A DNA stretch of 64,000 nt. It comes from Haliotis rufescens. Lineage: Eukaryota. The position numbers and the translations under genes are program-made. Location: positions 92,504,001 through 92,568,000 of the forward strand of contig NW_025963779.1 in NCBI RefSeq assembly GCF_023055435.1. The letters run 5' to 3'. Shown here in pieces: positions 1 to 14,180 of the stretch (its first letter is position 1; each line of letters begins with the position of its first letter). The notes under the pieces were generated by a model that had not been told where the DNA came from, did not search any database, and worked only from the letters and a program-made list of their open reading frames with translations.

Positions 1-520
1 ATAATACGTTATATCGCAAAAGACAATGAAGAACGAAGCGTGGTTCATTTCACGATAAAACATTGTTCTATCATGACGTCATTTCTGGAGATTCAACTAT
101 GCGCGGAACTTGAAGATGTCATATATTAGACGAAGTTATTTCTTAGAGGGAAATGAAAAGTAAGTTGTTCCACATAGATGTTGCTGTGGCCGAAAGATCG
201 CATACAAAAGTGGGAGCGATGTGACAATCGCTATGAGGAGAAAAGGTACACAATCGACCTGAGGATTGGGATAATATGTGGGAAATACAAAACCAATTAC
301 GCACCTGTTCCTAAAACGGAATTGTCCGACATTTCCGAGGTCGGATTTTATTCAGGTCGTCATCATTATTGGAATTTGGGTAAATAATTTGAAAGCTCGT
401 ACATTTTATCAACATCCTTACAGAGGCTGTACACAATAATGATATCTCATATAAGAAATAAACGTCCCCCTCATGGTTTATTCTCCCTGCAGTGTTCTTT
501 TTACGATAAACAACTCCCAC

Positions 521-651
521 NNNNNNNNNNNNNNNNNNNNNNNNNNNNNNNNNNNNNNNNNNNNNNNNNNNNNNNNNNNNNNNNNNNNNNNNNNNNNNNN
601 NNNNNNNNNNNNNNNNNNNNNNNNNNNNNNNNNNNNNNNNNNNNNNNNNNN
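521..651. other. assembly gap (N run)
   Basis: Run of N in the sequence. Confidence 1.
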
Positions 652-829
652 CGATCCCAGAAAACAGATAACATTGCCTTCGTCGATTGCAATGCCTCCG
701 GAAAGAAAATGTATCTTCTGACTTCCATCTGTATATATCATATGACAAATGGGTTGTTGGAGTTAGCATAGGTACAATCGGTTGCTAGGAGCAACCTATC
801 CTATGCTTGTCGCTTGTTTATGTGGTCAG

Positions 830-1108
830 TGTCATGTGTTTGCGATGCAAATCTCATGTGTTAATGTGGCAAATATGATGTGTTTATGTGGCAAATGCGA
901 TACGTTTATGTCATTAATGTGATGTCTTAGTGTAGCAAGTGTGATGTGTTTATGTGATTAATGTGATGTGTTTATGTAGAAAATGTGATATGTTTATGTG
1001 GTCAGTGTGATGTGTTTATGTGGTCAGTGTGATGTGTTTATGTGGTCAGTGTGATGTGTTTATGTGACAAAATATAAGAAATGCGATGTGTTTGCGTGGT
1101 AACTGTGA
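830..1108. repeat. degenerate ~22-bp tandem repeat (TGTGATGTGTTTATGTGGTCAG)
   Basis: About a dozen imperfect copies; exact copies at about 990-1065. Confidence 0.85.
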
Positions 1109-1145
1109 GTGAACCAGGGTCAACTCCACGATAATGCCGTAAAAG

Positions 1146-1282
1146 TAGACACAATTTATGGATAACAACTTCTTTAATACTGTAAAGGCGACGTTTCGGT
1201 ATAGATCCTTATATCGTTGTCAAGCAAGGCGAAACGTCGCCTTTGCAGTATTAAAGAAGTTGTTATCCATAAATTGTGTCTA
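1146..1282. mobile_element. Penelope-like pseudo-LTR remnant in inverted arrangement (53-bp arms)
   Basis: 1146-1198 is the reverse complement of 1230-1282 (52/53 match). Arms carry CGAAACGTC...TAAAGAAGTTG, which resembles the tail downstream of the hammerhead motif at 14584-14615. Inverted truncated pLTRs are typical of Penelope-like elements. Confidence 0.65.
1188..1225 (-). ncRNA. minimal type I hammerhead ribozyme motif, U3-A8 core variant
   Basis: Minus strand reads GC-TTGACAA-C-GATATA(AGGATC)TATACC-GAAA-C-GTC-GC: core, stem II with one mismatch, GAAA, loopless stem III and a GUC triplet. Stem I is only 2 bp. Confidence 0.55.
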
Positions 1283-1340
1283 TTTTGTCCTCCGTCAACT
1301 TCTAAGTAATGCCTATCAAACAATTCCATAATTCAATAAT

Positions 1341-1510
1341 TCACGGCGTGCTAGTGAATGTGTGAGACAAGCCCGAAGTGAGCCAGGGTTGTCTTGACAA
1401 ATCCAAGGTGATACTCAGGGCGAATCTATTTCTCGAACCTTTGGATCCTGGCGTGCCGCAGTGAAGTTTTGGCACCGTGCACGACTGGGCCACTACAGCC
1501 TCACTCCAGG
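1341..1510 (-). mobile_element. diverged tRNA-derived SINE (related to family C)
   Basis: Minus strand has A-box-like TGGCCCAGTCG, GGCACGCCAG, B-box-like GGTTCGA and CACTTCGGGCT...CACGCCGTGA, shared with 42424-42730. Confidence 0.55.
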
Positions 1511-2003
1511 TCCTTTGACGTGTACACATGACAACGCGATACAAGTGAAAGTGTGGAAGTGATCAATAAGTGTGTGTATTTACAGAATAACCTGCGAGCT
1601 GGGATGGATTAAGGATTATCTGCTCCCGAGTGAAGTAATTTCCGGGATTTTCAACATGAACCCACGAGGGAGAGATGATCTGTAATACTTGTTTTTTCTA
1701 TTTCTGATATACTTCAGTGTACAAGACTGAGTTCACCTTAATCGTGAAAAGTGACATTTTCCCTGCAGTGAACATAACACTTGATATTTCACAGTTTACA
1801 GTTTACAATTTTACAGTTTATAACGAAACATTTTCGAGAAAATAACAAGCGGCAAGAAGCTATTTTAACTCCGTAAATGACCCCATGGCATCATGCTGCC
1901 TTGTCACAGTGGAACTAACGTAAAGAATGAGGGGCAGACACAGACGACAAAGGGAGATAATTTGCAGGGAGGTAACTCTTGTATGACAATCGTCCAAGTG
2001 TTA

Positions 2004-3356
2004 TATACTCAACAACAAAAGTTCCTGTGACACTAATATTTTAGTGTATTTTTCAAACAAGTATTGTTTGGTTTTCAATATTGTAGTACATGTATGGATC
2101 AAGTCACAAAAACGCAATTGCTACAAGAAAAACATGCATTCCATGCAAAATTATTCAACTTTACGAAATGCCACGCCTGTCCGAAAATGAGCGTCTGCGA
2201 GCCATTGGTATGCTTCAAGCAGAATCGAGTCAACGTGATGTTGCAAGACAATTTAACGTCCACAGAAACACCATTTGGTGTTTATGGCAACGTTGGCAAC
2301 AGACGAATGCAGTCAGAGACCATCCTCGGAGTGGCAGGCCACTCAATAATCGACAAATGGATTCGAACAACACACCTACGAAATCGATTCCAGCCAGCAA
2401 CAGTGACTGCAAGAAGCATCCCTGGCCTTCGACGAATATCTCCACAAACCGAACGTCGTCGCCTCAGATATGCAGGGATTGTCGCCAAAAGACCCGCCAG
2501 ACGTCCCATTTTGACAGGAAACCACCGTCAAGCACGTCTACAGTGGTGCAGACAGCGTTTACGCTGGACGGCCATGCAGTGGGGACAAGTTCTATTCACT
2601 GACGAGTCTCGTTTTCACCTCAGCCACAGCGATGGACGGATTCGAGTGTACCGTCGAGGTGAACGTAACGTCAATCATTGTGTCATAGAAAAAGATCGGT
2701 TCGGGGGCGGCAGCGTTATGGTATGGGTTGGGATTACAGCAAGACAGAGGATCCGTTTGATACCGGTAGAGGGAAATCTCAATGGACAGCGCTACCGCGA
2801 CGAGATCATCGGCCCTGTTGTTCTACCGTTTTTGCGTCGTCATGGTCCAGGCATTACCTTTCAACATGACAACGCCCGGCCTCATATTGTTCGACTTGTT
2901 CAGGATTCCACTCAACAATACAACGTGAATGTCATCCCCTGGCCGGCTCGCTCCCCTGATCTCTCACCAATCGAGCACATGTGGGATGAGATGGATCGGC
3001 GCCTTCGACGTCAACCACGTGTTCCACAGAGACTCCAGGAACTTCGAAACATGCACCAGCAGATACCCACAGGACTTTGTGCGACGCCTGGTCCATTCCA
3101 TGAGACGAAGATGTGTTGCTTGCATCGCAACCAGAGGTGGACACACACGCTATTGATTTGTAAATTGACATTTTGGCATGTTCATGTTTTTTGTTAAATC
3201 ACGCATTTTCTGAAGTCAGTATGGCAAATTAAACCACTTGAACACTTACAGGAGTCTTTTATCTGTTGCAAACCGAAATTGTTTCAGATTTGGTAAAAAA
3301 CATAACTTTGCATTAAATCTTATTCAATGTCACAGGAACCTTTATTTTTCAGTATA
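2004..3356 (+). mobile_element. Tc1 DNA transposon, copy 1 (near full length)
   Basis: Imperfect TIRs TACTCAACAACAAAAGTTCCTGTGACA / TGTCACAGGAACCTTTATTTTTCAGTA with TA flanks and an internal transposase. Exact ends are ambiguous by 2 bp within the TA run. Confidence 0.95.
2168..3156 (+). pseudogene. Tc1 transposase (DD34E), frameshifted
   Basis: MPRLSENERLRAIGML HTH start; VLFTDESRF, GGGSVMVW, FQHDNARPH and WPARSPDLSPIEHMW motifs with 34 residues between D and E; TRGGHTRY C-terminus. Split across frames. Confidence 0.95.
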
Positions 3357-5924
3357 TATTCACTGAAGTGAAAGATCAAGTGTTATGTTCACTGCAATGG
3401 AAATATAAATTTTCGCAACTTCAGAAAACACTGAAGTATATAATAGATGTACACCATTAACTAGAGAGAAAGTTTGTTTCCGCAAACGATGGGGTGTGAA
3501 TTAAATCACACAGACACGAGACCGGTTTCTGTTGCTGATCCCATGTGTATTCTAATATTCTTGTCTATTCATCACTATCGGGTGAACATGTAGATTTGAA
3601 ATGTAATATGTGTTCACTTCTGATACATGACAGCGGTGCGTTTAGTTTCCTATACGTGCGGTCTCTCACATCATGCGGGATAATCGATCAGGATCACAAA
3701 GTTATGGAAAACACGAGGCTTCAGTACGCTGTGGACTTATCTCAACAGAAAACTTTGAGTTTTCTCACGGCTCGACGTTTACGTATTAAGTCACTGATTA
3801 AGGCGGCCTCCAGTGCTCACTGCAATGTTTATCTACTCACTTGTCCCGGGAAGACACAGTTGCAGGCTATACAAAGCAGCCTCACGAGAAGTACTGATGT
3901 GATTACGTGCTGATCACAGAGGAACTGCATCCTACAACAATGTATGGCGCCGCCTAATGGCAAAACCATCGCGCATGGTATGGACCACTGACGGGATGCA
4001 GACAGTGTCCACATATAGAATATTTAGTTACAGAGGTAAAACAACAATCAGAGGCAACATGTATCTCATATCCTTTATATATCTCTGGAAGTCGAGAAGC
4101 ATTCTCCTTGAAGGTTTCATCAAAGTGACAATCATATAGGGACTGGTTCAATTTGGATTCCCTTCGACATTGAACTGACCACTTACCGTAAAATATATGA
4201 AAGCTGCTTTGAACAATTTAATTCGCATCTCATCATAACCACGTTTCTATCTTGTGACGAAATTTAGAAACATCAAGTGAATGTAATGTACGGTGCCTTT
4301 AGAGGTAACACTATGTCAATGTCATTCTCCACCTAAATTTGTTATAAATACATGTCGTTTGGTGCTTCCATCATACAAAGCCAAGCTGTCATTTTAGCCT
4401 AACAGACAGTTTAAATATCAGAGACCGGGAGGGGGCGGTTTGCCGTGAGGGCAGAACACATTGTCATCAGCATCTTAAATACCCAATGTCATCATTTCTG
4501 TGTTTGAATATATATTCCAGTGATCAACTTTCTATGAACTTAATCCTTCCATTTTCTAATTTTCATTTTTGTACAGACGACCCATGGGTAGTCTTGTGGT
4601 TTTGCGTTCACTCGTCGCGCCGAACGCTAAGGGTTTAATTGCTCACAAGGATTCCTATGTGAAGGTCATCTGTGTGTCCACCGCCGTAATACGACTGGAG
4701 AAACATTTTAGTCTTTCAGAGGCATTTTATGCATGGTCCTCAGGTGTGACACACTGTATGCAGCACCAACACTGTGCTGAGGTACTTTAACATCAGCAAT
4801 GCAGTAGGCGTCGTTTCATGATGGTTGGTGTGAATTGTCACTACACGCTTCTCTATAAGCGTTCCAAGAGAACATTGCATAGATGTGCTGATGATGGTCG
4901 CGCTACCAACAACATGTCAACCCAAAGTAAACTGGCGAACAAAAGAAAGCTTACACTTGAATATAAAATTGGATTTGACCAAACAATTACAAACGTTATC
5001 AAAATGTTACGAGGCTGAACACAGTCGACGAAACACTGCACACCATAACTATGACACCCGTGTCACATACTAGTACATCCCCATCGAATATCTGTTGTCG
5101 TGTTTATTTCATTTTTAGCCACCATCAAACATGGGTGAACTTTATTTGCCCGTCAGTTTCCTTGAAGTCGGTTGACGCATGCAGCAGTCATAGTACATCA
5201 CGTATAGCTGTGTGAACTAATCTGGGATTCAACTAATTCCAGGCAATCGATGGTGGAGATGGCGAACTAACCCTCCCAGTCCGGCTGCAGGTATGTGAGA
5301 CGTGTCATTTGACCATCACCAGAAGGAAAGTAGCGATCGTACTTGTTGCAAAGTCGTTCAGAGATCATGTTTCCAGTAAGTCTGTCTGATCTGCGATGAC
5401 CACTGGTACATGCTGCTCTTGGTATACTGTCCGAACATGATAGGCTGACCACGGATGAGGATAGGTGTCCAGAATATACGAGATTTGCCTGCTACTCGGT
5501 CTTTGAGGTCTGATGGTTGTAGTGTACTGTGTCTAGGCGGGAGGTTCAGAGTAAGATCTCAAATTATTAAATTACCCTTTTATACCTTCAACTATAATTA
5601 GATAGAAGTTGATTGCCAATTCGTAAATGAAATAACACTAATAATTTTAGGAACAGAGTGGCGTGGTGGACACAGTGTTACATTTTCCCTGACAGAAGGT
5701 GTACAAGTATTGAAGATTTTGCGTCTGTAGGAATACATTTGGCATACATTGCGAATATTTTGAACCCGCAGCAGTTCCACATGTGTAATGCTATTATATA
5801 TATATACATGGGAGCACAGAAATATGGAGACAAAACAGAGCATTGTCACAGCAATCATCGCATCAAGCTAGTGTAGTACTCAAGTTAAAATAATAGAAAT
5901 TACGGTTGGCTGTGTGGTTGGTTG

Positions 5925-7333
5925 TGTGTACATATTGTACCTGTGTGTAAACTAGCTGTGACACATGGTACCCGTGTGTAAACTAGCTGTGACACATGGT
6001 ACCCGTGTGTAAACTAGCTGTGACACATGGTAACTGTGTGTAAACTAGCTGCGACACATGGTACCTGGTACGGTACCCGTGTGTAAACTAGTTGTATCAC
6101 ATTGTATTCGTGTGTAAACTAGGTGTGACACATGGTACCCGTGTGTAAACTAGGTGTGACACATGTTACCCGTGTGTAAACTAGCTGTGACACATGGTGC
6201 CCGTGTGTAAACTAGCTGTGACACATGGTACCCGTGTGTAAACTAGCTGTGACACATGGTACCCGTGTGTAAACTAGCTGTGACACATGGTACCCGTGTG
6301 TAAACAAGTTGTGACACATTGTACCCGTGTGTAAACTAGTTCTGACACATGGTACCCGTGTGTAAACTAGCTGTGACACATGGTACCCGTGTGTAAACTA
6401 GCTGTGACACATGGTACCCATGTGTAAACTAGCTGTGACACATGGTACCCGTGTGTAAACTAGTTGTGACACATGGTACCCGTGTGTAAACTAGCTGTGA
6501 CACATAATACCCGTGTGTAAATTGGTTGTGACACATTATACCCGTGTGTAAATTAGCTGTGACACGTGGGACCTGTGTGTAAACTAGCTGTGACACATGG
6601 TACCCGTGTGTAAACTAGTTGTGACACATTATACCCGTGTGTAAACTAGTTGTGACACATTATACCCGTGTGTAAACTAGCTGTGACACATGGTACCCGT
6701 GTGTAAACTAGCTGTGACACATGGTACCCGTGTGTAAACTAGCTGTGACACATTGTATTCGTGTGTAAACTAGCTGCGACACATGGTACCCGTGTGTAAA
6801 CTAGCTGTGACACATGTTACCCGTGTGTAAACTAGCTGTGACACATGGTACCCGTGTGTAAACTAGCTGTGACACATGGTACCCGTGTGTAAACTAGCTG
6901 TGACACATGGTACCCGTGTGTAAACTAGCTGTGACACATTGTATTCGTGTGTAAACTAGCTGTGACACATTGTATTCGTGTGTAAACTAGCTGCGACACA
7001 TGGTACCCGTGTGTAAACTAGCTGTGACACATGGTACCCATGTGTAAACTAGCTGTGACACATGGTACCCGTGTGTAAACTAGCTGTGACACATGGTACC
7101 CGTGTGTAAACTAGCTGTGACACATGGTACCCGTGTGTAAACTAGCTGTGCCACATGGTACCCGTGTGTAAACTAGCTGTGACACATGGTACCCGTGTGT
7201 AAACTAGCTGTGACACATGGTACCCGTGTGTAAACTAGCTGTGACACATGGTACCCGTGTGTAAACTAGCTGTGACACATGGTACCCGTGTGTAAACTAG
7301 CTGTGACACACTGTATACGTGTGTAGACTAGCT
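5925..7333. repeat. 31-bp minisatellite (GTGTGTAAACTAGCTGTGACACATGGTACCC), about 45 copies
   Basis: Head-to-tail units without unique spacers. Confidence 0.98.
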
Positions 7334-8385
7334 GACTCTTTCAGCCATGAGTACAATGTGTCACAGCTAGTTTCAGGACAAGACAGGAAATGTGACATGC
7401 AACTGCTCACAACATTGCTAAACTGGCTCCGCAATACGAATGATTGTGTTCTCATGTTCTCAGCTTCTGTGCCAGTGACCAGTCTCGGCAGTGTCGGGCG
7501 GCTCGCCTGTATTGGCACGCTGTATTGAGTCTGTGCTTGTAGTCTCTAATTAGCATAGCAAGAAATCATCCCTGTTCTCAAACGTGAAATTAAGAAAGAT
7601 CAAAGGATAATTCAAAAGACGTCTCTTGCGTCGAATTTAGCCTTCGACTTATTCAATTATCAAATTGGATACATGTCGAGGCAACGTTTAAACTGTCAGG
7701 TGCTGCTTACAAGGATACAGTGACACGGGAGTAATAATAGCATTATGGCGGGAGTTGTTTTTGGATAACTTGACAAATTAATTTTGTTTTTGTCATTCAC
7801 AAGGTGACGGCTGCGTTTCTGTGGTGTTCTTTATCCATGTTTATCTTTTAAATCAAATAAAACTAATTTGAAAAGTAGACAACTGTTAAAATAATCTGTT
7901 CATGTTCAGCCGTTTCTTACACATTCAAGTATTAAATGTCTATGCCTTTGGTTACAATAGTATGAATCCCAGTCACTGTCGAGACACACTTCAGTGAAGG
8001 CGATCTTAATAGGTGTCCACATCACTAACAATCATTCCCCCACGCGCCGGGAGTATATCTATTCAAACGTTAGTTTATTAAGAGCCTTATAAACTGAAGA
8101 ACGTGAACCTTGTACATGTATAAGTGTCTATTAGGAATAATTCTAAAGATACTGTAGGCGCTCGCGGTCGCCCACCGTTGTGATCAGGGCTACGTGGAGA
8201 CCTGTTTCTGATGGAAAACAGCGATGGGGTCAGAGTGTCGCCATCGACCAGTAATAAGTGGATTCGTGGTGTACCTGTCTCTTGCAATGTACGCTAACTG
8301 TTACCGCCCCCATCCCTACATTACAGACCAAGACACAGGGAGACAAGCTGAATAGTAACATCTCCCCATGTGCACAGATATTCTC

Positions 8386-11300
8386 AACACACTCACACCC
8401 ACGCAAGCTCACACACACTAACACACACACGCACACTCACTCACTCACACTAACACGCTCACACTAACACACACGCACACTCACTCACTCACACTAACAC
8501 ACTAACACACACACGCACACTCACTCACTCACACTAACACACACGAACACTCACTCACTCACACTAACACACACACGAACACTCACTCACTCACACTAAC
8601 ACACACACGCACACTCACTCACTCACACTAACTCACACACACTAACACACACACGAACACTCACTCACTCACACTAACACACTCACACTAACACACACAC
8701 GCACACTCACTCACTCACACTAACACACTCACTCTAACACACACACGCACACTCACTCACTCACACTAACACACTCACACTAACACACATACGCACACTC
8801 ACTCACTCACACTAACACACACACACACACACGCACACTCACTCACTCACACTTACACACTAACACACACTCACTCACTCACACTAACACACATACACTA
8901 ACACACACACGCACACTCACTCACTCACACTAACACACTAACACACACGCACACTCACTCACACTAACACACTAACACTAACTAACACACGCACACTCAC
9001 TCACTCACACTAACACACTCACACTAACACACACACGCACACTCACTCACTCACACTAACACACGCACGAACACTCACTCACTCACACTAACTCACACGC
9101 ACACTCACTCACACACACTAACACACTCACACTAACACACACACGCACACTCACTCACACACACTAACACACTCACACTAACACACACACGCACACTCAC
9201 TCACTCACACTAACACACTCACACTAACACACATACGCACACTCACTCACACTAACACACACACACACACACACACACGCACACTCACTCACTCACACTA
9301 ACACACACTCACTCACTCACACTAACACACACACACTAACACACACACGCACACTCACTCACTCACACTAACACACTAACACACACTCACTCACTCACAC
9401 TAACACACACACACTAACACACACACGCACACTCACTCACTCACACTAACACACTCACACTAACACACATACGCACACTCACTCACTCACACTAACACTA
9501 ACACACGCACACTCACTCACTCACACTAACACACACTCACTCACACACACTAACACACACTCACTCACATACACACTCACATGCACGCACACTCACACAC
9601 ACACTCACACGCACTCACACTAACACACACACACTCACACTAACACGCACGCACACACCCACACGCACACTCACTCACACTAACACACACACACACACGC
9701 ACGCACACTCACTCACACACACTTATTCACACACGCACACTCACTCACTCACACTAACACACACACACACGCACACTCACTCACTCACACTAACACACTA
9801 ACACACACTCACTCACTCACACTAACACACACACACACTACCACACACACGCACACTCCCTCACTCACACTAACACACACTCACTCACTCACATTAACAC
9901 ACACACACTAACACACACACGCACACTCACTCACTCACACTAACACACTCACACTAACACACATACGCACACTCACTTACTCACACTAACTAACACACAC
10001 ACACACACGCACACTCACTCACTCACACTAACACACACTCACTCACACTGTAACACACACACTAACACACACTCACTCACATACACACTCACATGCACGC
10101 ACACTCACACACACACTCACACGCACTCACACTAACACACACACACTCACACCCACGCACGCACACACCCACACGCACACTCACTCACACTAACACACAC
10201 ACACACGCACGCACACTCACTCACACACACTTATTCACACACGCACACTCACTCACTCACTCTAACAGACACACACACACGCACACTCACTCACTCACAC
10301 TAACACACTAACACACACTCACTCACACTAACACACTAACACACACTCAGTCACTAACACTAACACACACACACTAACACACACACGCACACTCACTCAC
10401 TCACACTAACACACACTCACTCACTCACACTAACACACACACTAACACACACACGAACACTCACTCACTCACACTAACACACTCACACTAACACACACGC
10501 ACACTCACTCACTCACACTAACACACACACGAACACACACACGCACACTCACTCACTCACACTAACACACACACGAACACTCACTCACTCACACTAACAC
10601 ACACACACTAACACACACACGCACACTCACTCACTCACACTAACACACACACGAACACTCACTCACTCACACTAACACACACACGCACACTCACTCACTC
10701 ACACTAACTCACACACACTAACACACACACGCACACTCACTCACTCACACTAACACACTCACACTAACACACACACGCACACTCACTCACTCACACTAAC
10801 ACACTCACACTAACACACACACGCACACTCACTCACTCACACTAACACACATACGCACACTCACTCACTCACACTAACACACACACACGCACACTCACTC
10901 ACTCACACTAACACACTAACACACACTCACTCACTCACACTAACACACACACACTAACACACACACGCACACTCACTCACTCACACTAACACACTAACAC
11001 ACACTCACTCACTCACACTAACACACACACACTAACACACACACGCACACTCATTCACTCACATTAACACACTCACACTAACACACATACGCACACTCAC
11101 TCACTCACACTAACACACTAACACACACTCACTCACACACACTAACACACACACGCACACTCACTCACTCACACTAACACACACTCACTCACTCACACTA
11201 ACACACACACACACTAACACACACACGCACACTCACTCACTCACACTAACACACTCACACTAACACACATACGCACACTCACTCACTCACTCACACTAAC

Positions 11301-13211
11301 ACACACACACACACACACACACGCGCACACTCACTCACTCACACTAACACACACTCACTCACACACACTAACACACACACTAACACACACTCACTCACAT
11401 ACACACTCACATGCACGCACACTCACACACACACTCACACGCACTCACACTAACACACACACACTCACACCCACGCACGCACACACCCACACGCACACTC
11501 ATTCACACTAACACACACACACATACGCACGCACACTCACTCACGCACACTTATTCACACACGCACACTCACTCACTCACACTAACACACACACACACGC
11601 ACACTCACTCACTCACACTAACACACTCACTCACTCACACTAACACACACACACTAACACACACACGCACACTCACTCACTCACACTAACACACTAACAC
11701 ACACTCACTCACTCACACTAACACACACACACTAACACACACACGCACACTCACTCACACTAACACACTCACACTAACACACACACGCACACTCACTCAC
11801 TCACACTAACACACACACGAACACACATACGCACACTCACTCACTCACACTAACACACACACGAACACTCACTCACTCACACTAACACACACACACTAAC
11901 ACACACACGCACACTCACTCACTCACACTAACACACACACGAACACTCACTCACTCACACTAACACACACTCGCACACTCACTCACTCACACTAACTCAC
12001 ACACGCACACTCACTCACTCACACTAACACACTCACACTAACACACACACGCACACTCACTCACTCACACTAACACACTCACACTAACACACACACGCAC
12101 ACTCACTCACTCACACTAACACACTCACACTAACACACATACGCACACTCACTCACTCACACTAGCACACACACAGACACACGCACACTCACTCACTCAC
12201 ACTAACACACTAACACACACTCACTCACTCACACTAACACACACACACTAACACACACACGCACACTCACTCACTCACACTAACACACTAACACACACTC
12301 ACTCACTCACACTAACACACACACACACTAACACACACACGCACACTCACTCACTCACACTAACACACTCACACTAACACACATACGCACACTCACTCAC
12401 TCACACTAACACACACACACACACTCACTCACTCACACTAACACACACTCACTCACTCACACTAACACACACACGAACACACACACGCACACTCACTCAC
12501 TCACACTAACACACACACGAACACTCACTCACACACACTAACACACACACGCACAGTCACTCACTCACACTAACACACACACGAACACTCACTCACTCAC
12601 ACTAACACACACACGCACACTCACTCACTCACACTAACTCACACACACTAACACACACACGCACACTCACTCACTCACACTAACACACACACGCACACTC
12701 ACTCACTCACTCACACTAACACACTCACACTAACACACACACGCACACTCACTCACTCACACTAACACACTCACACTAACACACATACGCACACTCACTC
12801 ACTCACACTAACACACACACACACACACTCGCACACTCACTCACTCACACTAACACACTAACACACACTAACACACACACACTAACACACACACGCACAC
12901 TCACTCACTCACACTAACACACACTCACTCACTCACACTAACACACACTCACTCTCACACACTTACACACACACTAACACACACTCACTCACATACTCAC
13001 TCACATGCACGCACACTCACACACACACTCACACGCACTCACACTAACACACACACACTCACACCCACGCACGCACACACCCACACGCACACTCACTCAC
13101 ACTAACACACACACACACGCACGCACACTCACTCACACACACTTATTCACACACACGCACGCACACTCACTCTCACACACACATGCACACTAACTCACAC
13201 TAACACTCACT

Positions 13212-13264
<53 letters not shown>

Positions 13265-13286
13265 ACACACACACACACTCACACTT
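8386..13286. repeat. 4.9-kb compound CA/CACT/CACTAA microsatellite with higher-order duplications
   Basis: Almost entirely C/A/T on the + strand. A landmark block (ATGCACGCACACTC...CCCACACGC...TTATTCAC) recurs at 9581, 10093, 11411 and 13005. Confidence 0.98.
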
Positions 13287-13287
13287 G

Positions 13288-14180
13288 TAGAATTTGGATG
13301 TTTCCGTGTTTGTTGGGAGCCTGATACTGAAACACGTGTTTTCTTAATGTGAACAGCACACACTGATTATTTTGCTATCAGGTGCACATAAGAATACGTT
13401 TGTTTGAGTGTAAATAACGCTAACGCATGCCACTGCTTGCACAAACTCCGTGTCTACACGCCGTGTCTTCGCGCCTTGTCTAAGAATGCCGCAAAAGGAA
13501 GTTGCCATGTTCATCGAAACATAATACAATCTCTTTGGAGACGTTCGACGTGCCACGGGCCGGTCGTCTACGTGTGACGTCAGGTATTTGGTTGGTGCAT
13601 CCACAGAATTGATATCAAACTGCCACGTAAGCAGCTCGGACAATTGCTGGGTTGAGACCAATTAGTTGCAGAATCGAACGTACCGGTTGAAGGAGCATCC
13701 GGCCCAGACGTCCAGCGACACACCTATTGGTGCTTCCACGTCACCGTCAGGAACGCCTAACTTGGTGTAGACAGCATCTGAGATGCAGAAGACAAGACTG
13801 GCACTATACTGTTCACAGATGAGTGACGGTTCCATCTGGGCAGCTCTGATAGTCGTGCAGGGGTCTAAAGGCGCCCAGGAGAACGTTTGATCGATGCATG
13901 CGTAACTCAACAGTTTGTGGGTGGAAGTGTAATAGTATGGGGCGGCGTCACAACTCATGGGAGAACAAAACTCATCATTGTTAATGGCAATTTGAACGGC
14001 GTAAGCTACCGGAACGACATCGTTCAAGATCATGTTCTCCCCTTTGTGCAATGCACGGACGTAACGTCACGTTGCAGCACGATCATGCCAGCCCACGTTT
14101 TGTACGTGTTGAGGCAGACGTTTCCAGGCTGCATACCATTGCTGTACTGCCATGGCCGGCTGTTTCTTCAGACCTCTCCA
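13288..14180 (+). mobile_element. decayed Tc1-like transposon (second family)
   Basis: Remnant motifs LFTDE, GGSVIVWGGVTTHGRTKLIIVNGNLNG..YRNDIVQDHVLPF and a WP-like segment. Homologous to 35960-36835 in the opposite orientation. Confidence 0.85.

Larger units (their letters stand above)
1707..3442. mobile_element. non-autonomous element with long imperfect inverted ends, interrupted by Tc1 copy 1
   Basis: TATACTTCAGTGT...GCAGTGAACATAACACTTGATATTTCAC (1707-1792) is inverted at about 3368-3442. Body 1805-2003 plus 3357-3385 matches the continuous copy at about 29465-29714. Confidence 0.6.

Noticed and set aside
311-771. ORFs spanning N runs (also 18156-18468)
   Set aside because: They are open only because of the gap characters.
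5267-5550. Possible minus-strand exon ending near GAGG|GTTAGT
   Set aside because: No recognisable protein similarity in any frame and no clear acceptor.
8258-13193. His/Thr-rich ORFs
   Set aside because: Artefacts of the CA microsatellite.
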